Source: a virus
Taxonomy: Duplodnaviria; Heunggongvirae; Uroviricota; Caudoviricetes
DNA: 64,000 bases
Virus record (IMG/VR): IMGVR_UViG_3300037400_006466
Coordinates: 108,098 to 172,097 of that record
Strand: one strand, 5' to 3'
The translations under genes were made by a program, and so were the position numbers. This document shows positions 37,322 through 47,035 of the stretch, piece after piece; position 1 is the stretch's first letter; every line of letters begins with the position of its first letter. The notes under the pieces were generated by a model. It saw only the letters and a program-made list of their open reading frames with translations. It did no database searches and was not told where the DNA came from.

Positions 37322-39463
37322 TTATATGGAAGCCAAGAGAGTCTCAATGCTACCGATTTGAGTGTCAACGTAGTTGTATACTTGATCCCCAGTGGTAAAT
37401 CCAGCTTCATTAGGTGCTATATCAGTTGCTGTAGGAATAAACTTTTTATCAATTTGGTGCACTAATCCTGCTGAACCTGATTCTATACATTTAATGTCAT
37501 AATCCCTAACTGAAGAGTCAAAGAATAACTTAGTGTATACGTAAGTTACCTTATCAGTCCCTGAACTTTTTTCAGTTCTTATTTGAGTTTCTTCAACTAT
37601 CACAAATGGAGCACCAGGGTTAGATACTTCATAATCAGTGACATCAATATAAGGTTTCACCCTGGCATGCTCAGGCATATATGTAGTAAGATAGTAATTT
37701 TTAGCTAAATTCAAGTTACCAGCATACTTTAATTTTGCCTTGAAATCATAGTCGCTATCTGAATAATACGTCTCAAACTCACCTTCTTTTATACTAGAAG
37801 TATAAGTTGTTCCATTTATCATGAAGGTAATCTCAGATTCACTGGTATCCAGCAATCTATTTTCAGGCAATAATTCATCTATGTGACCAAAACTATCACC
37901 ATACATAGATATCAACTTAAAATAATTAACTGGAGCTGATATAGGAAGTTTATACTCATCGGGATTAGATACATCTGGACTTTTTAGTGAGAATGAATAT
38001 GAATTGTCAGTTAGACATGTAACTTCAAATTCAGTTAGATCGTAATCGTATGTGTATAGAGTTGCCGTTAAGTTAAGGTCGGCTTGGTCATAAATTGAAT
38101 GAGTAATTAGTAAGAATGGTAATCCAGTAGTATCTGGAATTAAACTATAAGTTAAGTTACCTAGCTTATCTATGCTCATACCACCACTACTCTCATGAAC
38201 GGCTGTTATGTTTTCATATAAATTGCCATTATATCTAACGTTGTATACGTAATCTGCACGTAGAGGTTTACCTATATAATTATCTAAACTAATATCTATT
38301 TTATTTTTGTAACCTCTCTGAGCTGGATCAAGATTTTGAAGAGGTTTATCTCCTCCAGTTACTAAATTGAAGGTATACGGATTGGTATCAACCTCTGTTT
38401 GGTTAGAATATGTAGTGACTGTACCTAGATCATAGTTATTAAGTACAACTAGATAGTCACCTGCATCTCTGGTAGCTAAAATTAGGAATCCAGGTCCAAT
38501 GGCTATAGCAAAATCATATTCTGTATCTCTTTCAGGTACCAGTTCAGTCATTTCACCTGGAAGACCTTCAGATGCCAGTATTCCCTTGATAAGAGCTCCA
38601 TTACCTAAATATGTCAATGGAAGTGTTTGTGCAAGGTCAGGTACGTCCCAACATTCTAAATTATAAACAGTCCCATTGATAGATACCGGATATGCATTAC
38701 CTACTACCAGCTCATCACCGCCATACTGAGGTGGGTCATTCACGTCACTAACAGCAAAAGCATTTCTCACTACCCCTGTATTCTTGATGACCAATGTATG
38801 CTGACCTGCAGTTTTAGTCAGAAGCCAGGTACCATTAGAAGTCCAGACTATAATGAAAGGCAATGAATTGTCATATGCCACGTCACCAGAATGATCTGAC
38901 CATAATAAGTCTAGATTACCACAGCAGAATACCAATTCATCTGTTGTAATAGAGTCAAGTGTGCAAGTCACAGAATCAAAACATGCATTATGGTACAAAG
39001 TACCATCTAACGTTATATCGTAATAATGGCTAGAAGGTAAAAATTCAGCCCATCTATCGTAAAGGTCAACAATGCCGTCATTACCTCTGAAATCACCTAC
39101 AATGTGACCATCAAATTCAGGGAGAGTGACCTTAGTGGAATAAAGCTCAATTGGAGTTGGACTCTCCTCCCAATGAGTTCTATTCTTCACATAGGACTTG
39201 GCTTCGGCATCATTCTCATTCCAATCAGCTTGGACTTGAGATCCACCGCTACCGCCAGCTGGAACTGCCCATGTTCCGTCTTCCCTAAGGTACTTTGTAG
39301 AACCTGCAGTTGCACCTGGATCGGGAACAAGACCCTTACTATGGTCATTTCCAGAAGCTCCAAAGACAGAATCATCTGCCTTTGCTCCAACAGCACTACC
39401 TATATAATCTTTGATTTTTTGGTCATAAAGTGAAAGACCTTGAATGTCTAAAAACTTCTTCAT
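37322..39463 (-). CDS. Tail fibre / receptor-binding stalk protein (713 aa)
   Basis: MKKFLDIQGLSLYDQKIK head, YLREDGTW, QADWNENDAEAKSYVKNRTH, C-terminal GDQVYNY...IGSIETLLASI; ACTAATTA upstream at 39492-39499. Confidence 0.65.
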   Translation of the reverse strand: MKKFLDIQGLSLYDQKIKDYIGSAVGAKADDSVFGASGNDHSKGLVPDPGATAGSTKYLREDGTWAVPAGGSGGSQVQADWNENDAEAKSYVKNRTHWEESPTPIELYSTKVTLPEFDGHIVGDFRGNDGIVDLYDRWAEFLPSSHYYDITLDGTLYHNACFDSVTCTLDSITTDELVFCCGNLDLLWSDHSGDVAYDNSLPFIIVWTSNGTWLLTKTAGQHTLVIKNTGVVRNAFAVSDVNDPPQYGGDELVVGNAYPVSINGTVYNLECWDVPDLAQTLPLTYLGNGALIKGILASEGLPGEMTELVPERDTEYDFAIAIGPGFLILATRDAGDYLVVLNNYDLGTVTTYSNQTEVDTNPYTFNLVTGGDKPLQNLDPAQRGYKNKIDISLDNYIGKPLRADYVYNVRYNGNLYENITAVHESSGGMSIDKLGNLTYSLIPDTTGLPFLLITHSIYDQADLNLTATLYTYDYDLTEFEVTCLTDNSYSFSLKSPDVSNPDEYKLPISAPVNYFKLISMYGDSFGHIDELLPENRLLDTSESEITFMINGTTYTSSIKEGEFETYYSDSDYDFKAKLKYAGNLNLAKNYYLTTYMPEHARVKPYIDVTDYEVSNPGAPFVIVEETQIRTEKSSGTDKVTYVYTKLFFDSSVRDYDIKCIESGSAGLVHQIDKKFIPTATDIAPNEAGFTTGDQVYNYVDTQIGSIETLLASI

Positions 39464-39561
39464 TACATTATTCTCTATAAAGTATGATATTTAATTAGTT
39501 CTGATTACAATAAAAGTAAAGCCTTCCATAAAGAAGGCCTATATCTATAATTCATAATAAT

Positions 39562-40134
39562 TTATGATTGGCTGACCCAAACAGGTGCAGAGGGAGATTC
39601 CAGATTAGTGACATCTATCAGATATGTTCTGATTTCAGCTTTCCATTCATTGTCTTTTTGTACAATCAGATAACAGTCATATGGAGCTGTGAAAATGTGG
39701 TCTGGTGTCTCATTTGTTTTCCAGGTAGCGCCAGCAGAAGGGTTGTCACTTTTGACAATGAGCTTTCCAGAAATGTTTGAACTTACTGAAGTTGGGTCAG
39801 TGGTACAGTACATAGCTCTGAATCTTTTTCCAGGAATACAGATATAACACATATACTTGTGATTGGCAGTCAGAGTATATATGTCATTCATTGCACCAGC
39901 TGGAGCCTGATAGGTCCATGTTACATCTGCATTGAATGTGGAAGTTGAAGCGTTTATGTATCCGTATTGATAACTTGAAACATAAGGTCTGACCAAAGTA
40001 GGCATACCGGTAATGATAGATGGCAGGTCTTCAGTCTTTACATTCTCAGGTAGTACATTTCCATATGTTGTCAGAAGGTCCTCAAACTCTTCTTTAGCTG
40101 TTTGTAATCTTTGTAGCTCTGATGTTATAGACAT
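39562..40134 (-). CDS. Tail-fibre tip-like protein with MSITSELQRLQTAK N-terminus (190 aa)
   Basis: N-terminus shared with the two LRR proteins; beta-rich body similar to the middle of 40143..41585. Confidence 0.55.
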   Translation of the reverse strand: MSITSELQRLQTAKEEFEDLLTTYGNVLPENVKTEDLPSIITGMPTLVRPYVSSYQYGYINASTSTFNADVTWTYQAPAGAMNDIYTLTANHKYMCYICIPGKRFRAMYCTTDPTSVSSNISGKLIVKSDNPSAGATWKTNETPDHIFTAPYDCYLIVQKDNEWKAEIRTYLIDVTNLESPSAPVWVSQS

Positions 40135-40142
40135 TTATTTCC

Positions 40143-41585
40143 TCAATTACTTTGACTCTCTACAAGTCTGCTTGAATAGTCACTCCATTGCGCCTGATAA
40201 GTACTGAGAGTTCCTGCGGGTACAATTATAGGACAGTCATTTGTATTTTCAAATGAAGTTGAATCTACCTGTGGGGGTGTTGTACACTCTACTGTTATGG
40301 ATTGAAGTGAAGAACATCCATAAAATGCCTCAGCCCCAAGTGTTGTTACACTTGATGGTATTGTAATATCAGTCAACCCAGTACAGTTTTTAAAGGCTTT
40401 CTGTCCTATGGTAGTGACTGTATTAGACATTGGTACTGTTGTAAGACCAGTACATCCCTCAAAAGAACTGATACCTATTGTAACCAAATTGCTGAAAGGA
40501 GTAAAGCTGATAATGTTTCTACAGTTATAGAAAGCACCATTGGTAACTGTTGTCAATGTAGATGGTAAAGATACCACGTGAAGTCTGACGCATCCATAGA
40601 AAGTAGCATCCAGAGTGGTTACCTGACTTCTGATTGTGGCAGTGGTTAAACTTGTACATCCAGAAAACAATCCAACACCAAGTGACAAAACTGTATTCGG
40701 TATAGTTGACTCTCTCAGAGCTGTATTATTCTGAACAACTGTGTTTCCTATACTTGTTACTGTGCTTGGGGGATTAAAGTAAATGAGACTTGTTCCTTTC
40801 AGAGCGCTGTCTCCCATGAGAGTTATAGTGGATGGCAAGTCAAGTGTTGCAAGCTCAGAACATCCTTCAAAACAGCTGTCTCCAAGTCCAGTCACTGTCT
40901 GTCCATCTACAGTTTCTGGAACTCCTTTTCTTCCACTTATTGTGGTCTTATCAGCTGTTGTCTTGAGAGTTACAATTCCATTTGATATGTCAAACAGGTC
41001 TTCTGACATGGTATAGTCAAAAGACTCCTCAACTGTCAGAGGGGTATCTATGTCAAAAACATATGACTTTATGTTAAGATTGTAGTCATTATCTTTCTGT
41101 ATTAAAAGCCAGCCGTCAACAGTAGACTTGAAGAAAGGGGTTTTTGCATTGTTATAGTCTGGATTTGTATAGTTACCCATTACTGGATATATTCTGCTTG
41201 GAGCATCTGATATGCTTATCTTTTGAGCCAGAGAAGTTCCCGAGGTCTTAAGTCTTATGTCCTCACTTACAGTGCATACTCTGAATCTAGCTCCTATAGT
41301 TCCTCCAAGCATTACAAAGTAGCTGTGTCCTTTCTCCACTTTGTAGATGTCTATGGGATTTTTTGCTTTTCCTTCATTGTCCTCATAGACCCATCCAGTA
41401 GAACCTACATATCCATAATTATAATTGACGGTTTCCGGAACCATAAAGAAAGGAACATCTTCCAGTTCTTGTGGATATGTGGAAAACAGTTCTGTAGAGT
41501 CAACGGACTTTCCATGATAGTTAATGGCCACCACAAAGTTGTCTTTTACAGTTTGCAATCTCTCTTTTTCAGAAGCAATGGACAT
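40143..41585 (-). CDS. Second BspA-type LRR receptor-binding protein (480 aa)
   Basis: MSIASEKERLQTVK N-terminus; degenerate LRR units ([33 protein letters not shown]); TTPP cap. Confidence 0.75.
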   Translation of the reverse strand: MSIASEKERLQTVKDNFVVAINYHGKSVDSTELFSTYPQELEDVPFFMVPETVNYNYGYVGSTGWVYEDNEGKAKNPIDIYKVEKGHSYFVMLGGTIGARFRVCTVSEDIRLKTSGTSLAQKISISDAPSRIYPVMGNYTNPDYNNAKTPFFKSTVDGWLLIQKDNDYNLNIKSYVFDIDTPLTVEESFDYTMSEDLFDISNGIVTLKTTADKTTISGRKGVPETVDGQTVTGLGDSCFEGCSELATLDLPSTITLMGDSALKGTSLIYFNPPSTVTSIGNTVVQNNTALRESTIPNTVLSLGVGLFSGCTSLTTATIRSQVTTLDATFYGCVRLHVVSLPSTLTTVTNGAFYNCRNIISFTPFSNLVTIGISSFEGCTGLTTVPMSNTVTTIGQKAFKNCTGLTDITIPSSVTTLGAEAFYGCSSLQSITVECTTPPQVDSTSFENTNDCPIIVPAGTLSTYQAQWSDYSSRLVESQSN

Positions 41586-41598
41586 CAGTATCTCCTAA

Positions 41599-44574
41599 TC
41601 AGTAATTTGAAAGGAAAGTCTCAAGGTCTCCTAAGACATCATAGACCATGTCACCAGTGACATAACCTGTATCCCCAGAAGCTATGGCTTGAGCAGGTAC
41701 TGGAATGTCAGAAGTCTCCGCATACCCGGACAAATCTATCTTAGCAACCTTATTGGCATCGACAACTGTTGCATAAGTTGAACCATTTGTAGAGGTCTGA
41801 ACATCTGTAACTGGAACTGTAATATCTACATTCTTATTGGTTATTGTCTGAGAAGCTCCGTTGACAGAAATGGATTCTATGAGATTAGTATCTCCCTTAT
41901 TAGCCTGAACATAGTCATACACCTGGTCACCAGTGGCATACCCGGTATCACTGTCAGCAATAGCAGAAGCTACAGTAGGAACTGTAATATTCACACCTTT
42001 ATTCGTGATTGTCTGTGCTGAACCATTCACTGAGATGGACTCAATCACATTGGCATCACCTTTGTTTGCCTGAACATAATCATATACCTGGTCACCAGTT
42101 GCATAGCCAGTGGCATTGTCTGCAATGTCAACAGCCTGAGTTGGAATTGTAATGTTTACATTCTTGTTTGTGATTGTCTGAGCTGTACCATTCACAGAAA
42201 TGGACTCAATGACATTTGCATCACCCCATTCAGACTTATGAGCCTCAATGTAGTCATAGACCTGACCACCGGTTGTATAGCCAGTATCACTTGAAGTGAT
42301 TGACGTAGCTGTAGGTATGAACTTAGAGTCAAGCTGGTGAACTGTTTCTGAAACTGTGTTATCAGTTATCTTGATGTTATGAGCTACTCCAGCTCCATCA
42401 GGTATCATTATGTATATGGTTAAAGGACTTCCAGGTTCGGTTGCTCCTGCTGAAGCTGGCGTTGTTTCATACAATATTGTGAAATCACAGTTGGATGGAT
42501 ACGTGTTACCTGTGAAGGTAATTGAGCTGAAGTAAGAGAATGTGGGGTTGAGTCCTAACACATAGTATTCGCTTGTTAGATCTCCACCTTTACCGACAGT
42601 CAGCCCAGAATATAAGGTTCCATCTATTTCAACAGCATAAGTCTTGGTTGGGTCGTCAATGTATCCTTGAGCTATATATGCAAAATCTGTATAATCAACA
42701 GAGTGACCACCATAGCTTGCACCTGAAGCATAGAATGAGCCATTGTTGCTTTGCCACGCTTCATCACTTCTGATGTCTGTGTCAGAATCCCAATCTACAT
42801 TGCTGTCATCTATGACCGAATAATGCGTCCTGTTCTTGACATAAGAAGGGGACTTTGAGTTATTCTCACTCCAATCACTTACAGCTTCATCTGGAAGATA
42901 AATGGCATCCATTTTATGTATGATGGCTTCAGTTGTCTTTACAGAGAAGGTATGGTCTGCTACATCATTTATGAGATAGAAATTGACATCATATCCATTA
43001 TTCCAGTTTTTAAGACCAGCTTCATAAGCTTCAGGATTAGGACACTTCCTTTCAATTTTCATGAAGAATGGGAAACTACTCTGTTTGGATGCTGCTTCTG
43101 CATCTTCAGGGACAACAGCATCCCCTGCATAAGTAGGAAGACAACCTACACCATAGAACTTGGATGTACCTGATTCTTCTATTAAATAAGGCTTACCAGT
43201 ATATGGAGTTCCATCATATGTGATTTTATACTCAAGAGTTTCCAAATTATGTTCAAGGAATATCCAAGCACAATCTTTAGATGTTGATGATGAACGGGTC
43301 TTATAAAGAGGGTAACTATTTATGGTACCTTCAACTGTATCTACATTGTCTTCCCAATAGAAGAAATCATCAGTAAAAAATTTATTTAATGTCCAATCTG
43401 TGAGATTTGGGTTATTCTCATCAGAGAATTTAATAGAGAATGAACAGAAGTCCCTTGAAGTTTTCTTTATTCCAAGAGGAGTATTCTCCAATTCATCATA
43501 GGTTGGATTAGCAGGTAAATAAATAGGATTTAATTTCTTTGAAGTTGAAACAAATGAGATCTCTACAGTATGCTCACTATCATTAGGAATAGCAATATTT
43601 GGAAATCCAAAATGACTATAATTTTCACCCTCTATATTATAGAGGTCAAGAACAATTCCAAATGGATAATCTCCATATCCTGATGCTTCATATTCAGTGA
43701 AAAAATCAGGATTAGTTACCACCTCAGGAGGAGGTAGTTCTGCACTATAACCAAATACAAGATAATTATTAAAATGATCACCATCTTCAACAGATTGCAC
43801 CCATATAGGTTTACCTCTATATGTGGTTTCATCATATACAACAACCAATTCCTTATTTTTAAGTTCATCAAGACTATAATCTACTGGTGAGGCTGGGAGG
43901 AAACTTGCAAAATTGAAACCATTGTCTGGTGTAACTTCCCCAGGAAATTCATCTTCACCATCAAAAATATAATTAACAAGATTACCTTTAGCATCTACAG
44001 TAATAGTAAGGTAGTGTTCCTTACTAGAACTACCTACTGTAGCATCCTTCAAATCTTCCAAAGAAAGAGAAATATACTCCTTATCCAAATAAATCTTTTT
44101 CTTAATATCTCTCTCAATTTCTTCTGTAATGATTTCAAAACTGATGGGATTACCACCTGGGAAATAAGGGAAAACTAACCTTGCATACTTTGTTTTCTCA
44201 CCTTCTTCCTCACCATCTGCTTCACCCCAATATAAAAGGAAATGAGCATCATTCTCAGGAGTAGGTGGGTCTTTAAATTCCTCAGCTCCATATGAATATG
44301 CCCTATAACAACCAGGGTTAACCTTTTCTACTGTTATATAGGTATGATCCCATGTTCCAATCATTCTGTCAAAAGAACAATCAGTTATCTTTACAGTAAA
44401 AAGAGTATTCTCATCAAAATCTTTGAATCCTAGTGCATCATAGTCTAACTCTACAGTAGCATTTTTATAATAGGTATGACCATCATACACTTCTGTATAA
44501 TGGAAATCTTTTATCCCATTAAAAGAAGATGTCTCATTATAAGTACCTGTTTTATCTTCATAACTTACTGCCAT
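41599..44574 (-). CDS. Large modular tail fibre protein (991 aa)
   Basis: DWSENNSKSPSYVKNRTH and VHQLDSKFIPTAT motifs shared with the 713-aa protein; three 55-aa repeats; C-terminal LGDLETFLSNY; AAAGGAG SD. Confidence 0.65.
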   Translation of the reverse strand: MAVSYEDKTGTYNETSSFNGIKDFHYTEVYDGHTYYKNATVELDYDALGFKDFDENTLFTVKITDCSFDRMIGTWDHTYITVEKVNPGCYRAYSYGAEEFKDPPTPENDAHFLLYWGEADGEEEGEKTKYARLVFPYFPGGNPISFEIITEEIERDIKKKIYLDKEYISLSLEDLKDATVGSSSKEHYLTITVDAKGNLVNYIFDGEDEFPGEVTPDNGFNFASFLPASPVDYSLDELKNKELVVVYDETTYRGKPIWVQSVEDGDHFNNYLVFGYSAELPPPEVVTNPDFFTEYEASGYGDYPFGIVLDLYNIEGENYSHFGFPNIAIPNDSEHTVEISFVSTSKKLNPIYLPANPTYDELENTPLGIKKTSRDFCSFSIKFSDENNPNLTDWTLNKFFTDDFFYWEDNVDTVEGTINSYPLYKTRSSSTSKDCAWIFLEHNLETLEYKITYDGTPYTGKPYLIEESGTSKFYGVGCLPTYAGDAVVPEDAEAASKQSSFPFFMKIERKCPNPEAYEAGLKNWNNGYDVNFYLINDVADHTFSVKTTEAIIHKMDAIYLPDEAVSDWSENNSKSPSYVKNRTHYSVIDDSNVDWDSDTDIRSDEAWQSNNGSFYASGASYGGHSVDYTDFAYIAQGYIDDPTKTYAVEIDGTLYSGLTVGKGGDLTSEYYVLGLNPTFSYFSSITFTGNTYPSNCDFTILYETTPASAGATEPGSPLTIYIMIPDGAGVAHNIKITDNTVSETVHQLDSKFIPTATSITSSDTGYTTGGQVYDYIEAHKSEWGDANVIESISVNGTAQTITNKNVNITIPTQAVDIADNATGYATGDQVYDYVQANKGDANVIESISVNGSAQTITNKGVNITVPTVASAIADSDTGYATGDQVYDYVQANKGDTNLIESISVNGASQTITNKNVDITVPVTDVQTSTNGSTYATVVDANKVAKIDLSGYAETSDIPVPAQAIASGDTGYVTGDMVYDVLGDLETFLSNY
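41800..42300 (-). repeat. Three 165-bp (55-aa) coding repeats
   Basis: CTGAACATA at 41905 and 42070; GD(A/T)N(V/L)IESISVNG..QTITNK x3. Confidence 0.85.
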
Positions 44575-44579
44575 TTAAT

Positions 44580-44753
44580 TTACTCCTTTCTAGATACTGT
44601 AGCCTTTACCAAAGTATTTGTCTTTGTGACTTCTGTACCAAATGGCTTGTTCTTAAGATTATCCCAATTTATCTTTTTATCTACTAGCTCCTGGGATTTC
44701 TGGTGGTAAAAACTTAAGCCTTCAAAATCCAGATATTTCTTTTTATCTGCCAT
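44580..44753 (-). CDS. Orphan tail-fibre N-terminal peptide (57 aa, not in ORF track)
   Basis: MADKKKYLDFEGLSFYHQKSQELVDKKINWDNLKNKPFG...; TAGGAGA SD; homologous to the 713-aa protein's head. Confidence 0.65.
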   Translation of the reverse strand: MADKKKYLDFEGLSFYHQKSQELVDKKINWDNLKNKPFGTEVTKTNTLVKATVSRKE

Positions 44754-44811
44754 ATAAATTTCTCCTATACTTGAATGATGGTGTATTCAAATATCTTGTC
44801 AATATACAAAA

Positions 44812-44840
44812 TAAGGGAAGTGAGGATCTCACTTCCCTTA
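44812..44840 (-). terminator. 13-bp-stem terminator adjacent to a late motif (44842-44849)
   Basis: TAAGGGAAGTGAG-GAT-CTCACTTCCCTTA. Confidence 0.8.
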
Positions 44841-44863
44841 ATAATTAGTTTTATTGACAAATG

Positions 44864-45325
44864 CTAGATGGTATGAGTACCTTCACTTGTATCTCTGATA
44901 GGACCGGTTGTTGTGAACTTCTCCTTGAACAGATGAGTAGGCTCAGAATCATCCACATGGCCACTTGCTGAGGTCACTACAACATCTGCATCCTGTGGCT
45001 TTGAACCTGTGGAATTAGAATCACAGGTAAAATCGCCCATTGGATTCTTGTACCATACCCACCAAGGCACTTTCTCAAATCCAGGGCCTGGACTCTCAGG
45101 TTCCCCAGTACTATCTTTGTACCATACCTGTGGCCATGTAGGTGGCCAGACAGGAGTTGTTATTGGCTCAATCCCGGGCTGAAAACCTGATGGAACAGAC
45201 TCAACCATATCAAGAATACTCAACACATATTCCTTATTCACATAAATCTTTGCATCATCACCATCACCTTTCTTGACGGCATCAGCACACATTTCAATAA
45301 TCTTTTTAGCTTCTGTAATAGTCAT
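44864..45325 (-). CDS. Hypothetical protein, Pro/Trp-rich (153 aa)
   Basis: ATGA-coupled ORF; PVWPPTWPQVWYK. Confidence 0.6.
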   Translation of the reverse strand: MTITEAKKIIEMCADAVKKGDGDDAKIYVNKEYVLSILDMVESVPSGFQPGIEPITTPVWPPTWPQVWYKDSTGEPESPGPGFEKVPWWVWYKNPMGDFTCDSNSTGSKPQDADVVVTSASGHVDDSEPTHLFKEKFTTTGPIRDTSEGTHTI

Positions 45326-46014
45326 TTATTATCCTCATCAAGGAAGTCCATCTTTCTGACATCCCTATCGTATGTGGTATCCTGCAGTCCGAAGTACCTT
45401 GGAGCGAACTCTGACTCACTCCAGTTATCAGGGTCACATGAGTTGTTATCCACCAATACTGTCTCAATTTTAAGGTGTTCAGCATCTGCACCCTTACTGA
45501 TGAGGTCTTTTCTTACCTTATTGATACATTCCTCTTTCTTCTTGTCCCAAAGGTCATGTTCCCTATCTGCCTGAATTTTAAAATAGGAATCCCAGCTTTC
45601 TCCGTCCTTGGGTTCAGGAACATCTGACATATCTGGTGATTCCATATTATAGTCAAGTCCTGACTCATAGAAAGCATAGGGATGAGGAATGGCCTTCACA
45701 TAGGGCTTCTCAACAGCCTCCCAATGATACCCCTTCTCTGAATCATCTTTAACGTAGTCATCATCCTTGAATGTACCTTTGCAGAACTGGATGAATCTTT
45801 TTGTCCTTTTAAGAAGGAAGTTCTTCTGATTCATTCCAAGCTCAAAGATATCGTCACCTTCTCCACCGGGACCCCAGAAAAGAATATTATCTCTGATATT
45901 ATTGCTGATATAATCCGCAATATCCTTTGGGTCAGTCATGACATTCCTATCATCATAGGCAAGAATATAACTTGAGGAACTTGAATTACTTACAAATCCG
46001 TTTCTGAACTTCAT
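45322..46014 (-). CDS. MKFRNGFVSNSSSSSY-family protein 2 (230 aa)
   Basis: Start reassigned to ATG 46014 (AAGGGA SD); N-terminal tag. Confidence 0.7.
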   Translation of the reverse strand: MKFRNGFVSNSSSSSYILAYDDRNVMTDPKDIADYISNNIRDNILFWGPGGEGDDIFELGMNQKNFLLKRTKRFIQFCKGTFKDDDYVKDDSEKGYHWEAVEKPYVKAIPHPYAFYESGLDYNMESPDMSDVPEPKDGESWDSYFKIQADREHDLWDKKKEECINKVRKDLISKGADAEHLKIETVLVDNNSCDPDNWSESEFAPRYFGLQDTTYDRDVRKMDFLDEDNK

Positions 46015-46018
46015 ATTT

Positions 46019-46447
46019 TTATCCCTTAATACCCTGTCTGTCATAGAAACCAAAGTTGCACTGAATCTCAACCCACTGGTATCTCTCATCACGGGGGCCC
46101 ACAGAAACAAGATTCCCCTGTAATGTCATAAGGTCTTTCTCTGTGAAATTATGTTCCTTCATCCACTTCATGAATTCCTCATGCTTGCTGATAAGATTAT
46201 CCCAAAGGTATCTGTAATCCTCATCCTTGAAGATGCTTCCGTTACTTCCACCCATATAGCATAAGGGTTTACCTATATGATACATACCCGAATCCTCGTT
46301 CCATAGGGTAAATACACCATCAGCATAGTCTATAATGAACTTATCACATTTCTTGATAATTTCCTTTTCTCTATCATCCTTACCGAACTTCTCGGCAAAA
46401 TCAATAAGGAACTTATCCACATTAATCATCTTATTTTTATCAATCAA
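46019..46447 (-). CDS. Hypothetical protein (142 aa)
   Basis: ORF in co-directional run. Confidence 0.6.
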   Translation of the reverse strand: MIDKNKMINVDKFLIDFAEKFGKDDREKEIIKKCDKFIIDYADGVFTLWNEDSGMYHIGKPLCYMGGSNGSIFKDEDYRYLWDNLISKHEEFMKWMKEHNFTEKDLMTLQGNLVSVGPRDERYQWVEIQCNFGFYDRQGIKG

Positions 46448-46484
46448 TAGATATCCCCTTTACGGCATTTTATCTCTTTATTAT

Positions 46485-46694
46485 TCAAAGAGATGCTGTC
46501 CATCCGCTTACAGTCTGTCTTACCCACTCTCCCCATTTAGGAAGGAGCTCTGTGAGCTTGGGAATGATTCCACTTGTCCATTTGAATACCCAGTCAAGCC
46601 CCATGTCAATATATGTTCCTATAGGGATACCTGTCCAATGAACAACGAAAGCCAATAGAATGACAATAAGAATGGTAAAAATTATTTTCTTCAT
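46485..46694 (-). CDS. Small membrane/secreted protein (69 aa)
   Basis: MKKIIFTILIVILLAFVVHW hydrophobic N-terminus; AAGGA SD. Confidence 0.6.
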   Translation of the reverse strand: MKKIIFTILIVILLAFVVHWTGIPIGTYIDMGLDWVFKWTSGIIPKLTELLPKWGEWVRQTVSGWTASL

Positions 46695-46729
46695 TTGATT
46701 ACATTTTTCCTTATATACTTAATATAAGC

Positions 46730-47005
46730 TTATTCATCTTCATTTTTATGGTTAATCAGATTTTTAAGTTCAAGTCTTACAAGACAAGCCATACATATGA
46801 GTATGGCAATTATTATGGGAACTGATAACCATAAAGTAACGCCAGTCGCCAAAAGGTCAATGACGATAAGAGTTACACCACTTCCGAAAAATCCCAAGAG
46901 AACAATAGATATTATGGGAGGGAATTCCATATCAAAAAGAATTTCGATAAGATACTGAATGAGCTTAATCATTATAAGAATGATTCCGACATTATAAGCC
47001 TGCAT
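46730..47005 (-). CDS. Two-TM membrane protein (about 91 aa)
   Basis: Two long hydrophobic segments; AAGGAGA SD. Confidence 0.55.
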   Translation of the reverse strand: MQAYNVGIILIMIKLIQYLIEILFDMEFPPIISIVLLGFFGSGVTLIVIDLLATGVTLWLSVPIIIAILICMACLVRLELKNLINHKNEDE

Positions 47006-47035
47006 AAGAAATCTCCTTATATAAATAAGTTAAGG

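Noticed and set aside
44854-44859. + strand TTGACA as a promoter
   Set aside because: No -10 at proper spacing and no + strand gene downstream; it lies at the end of the convergent gene.
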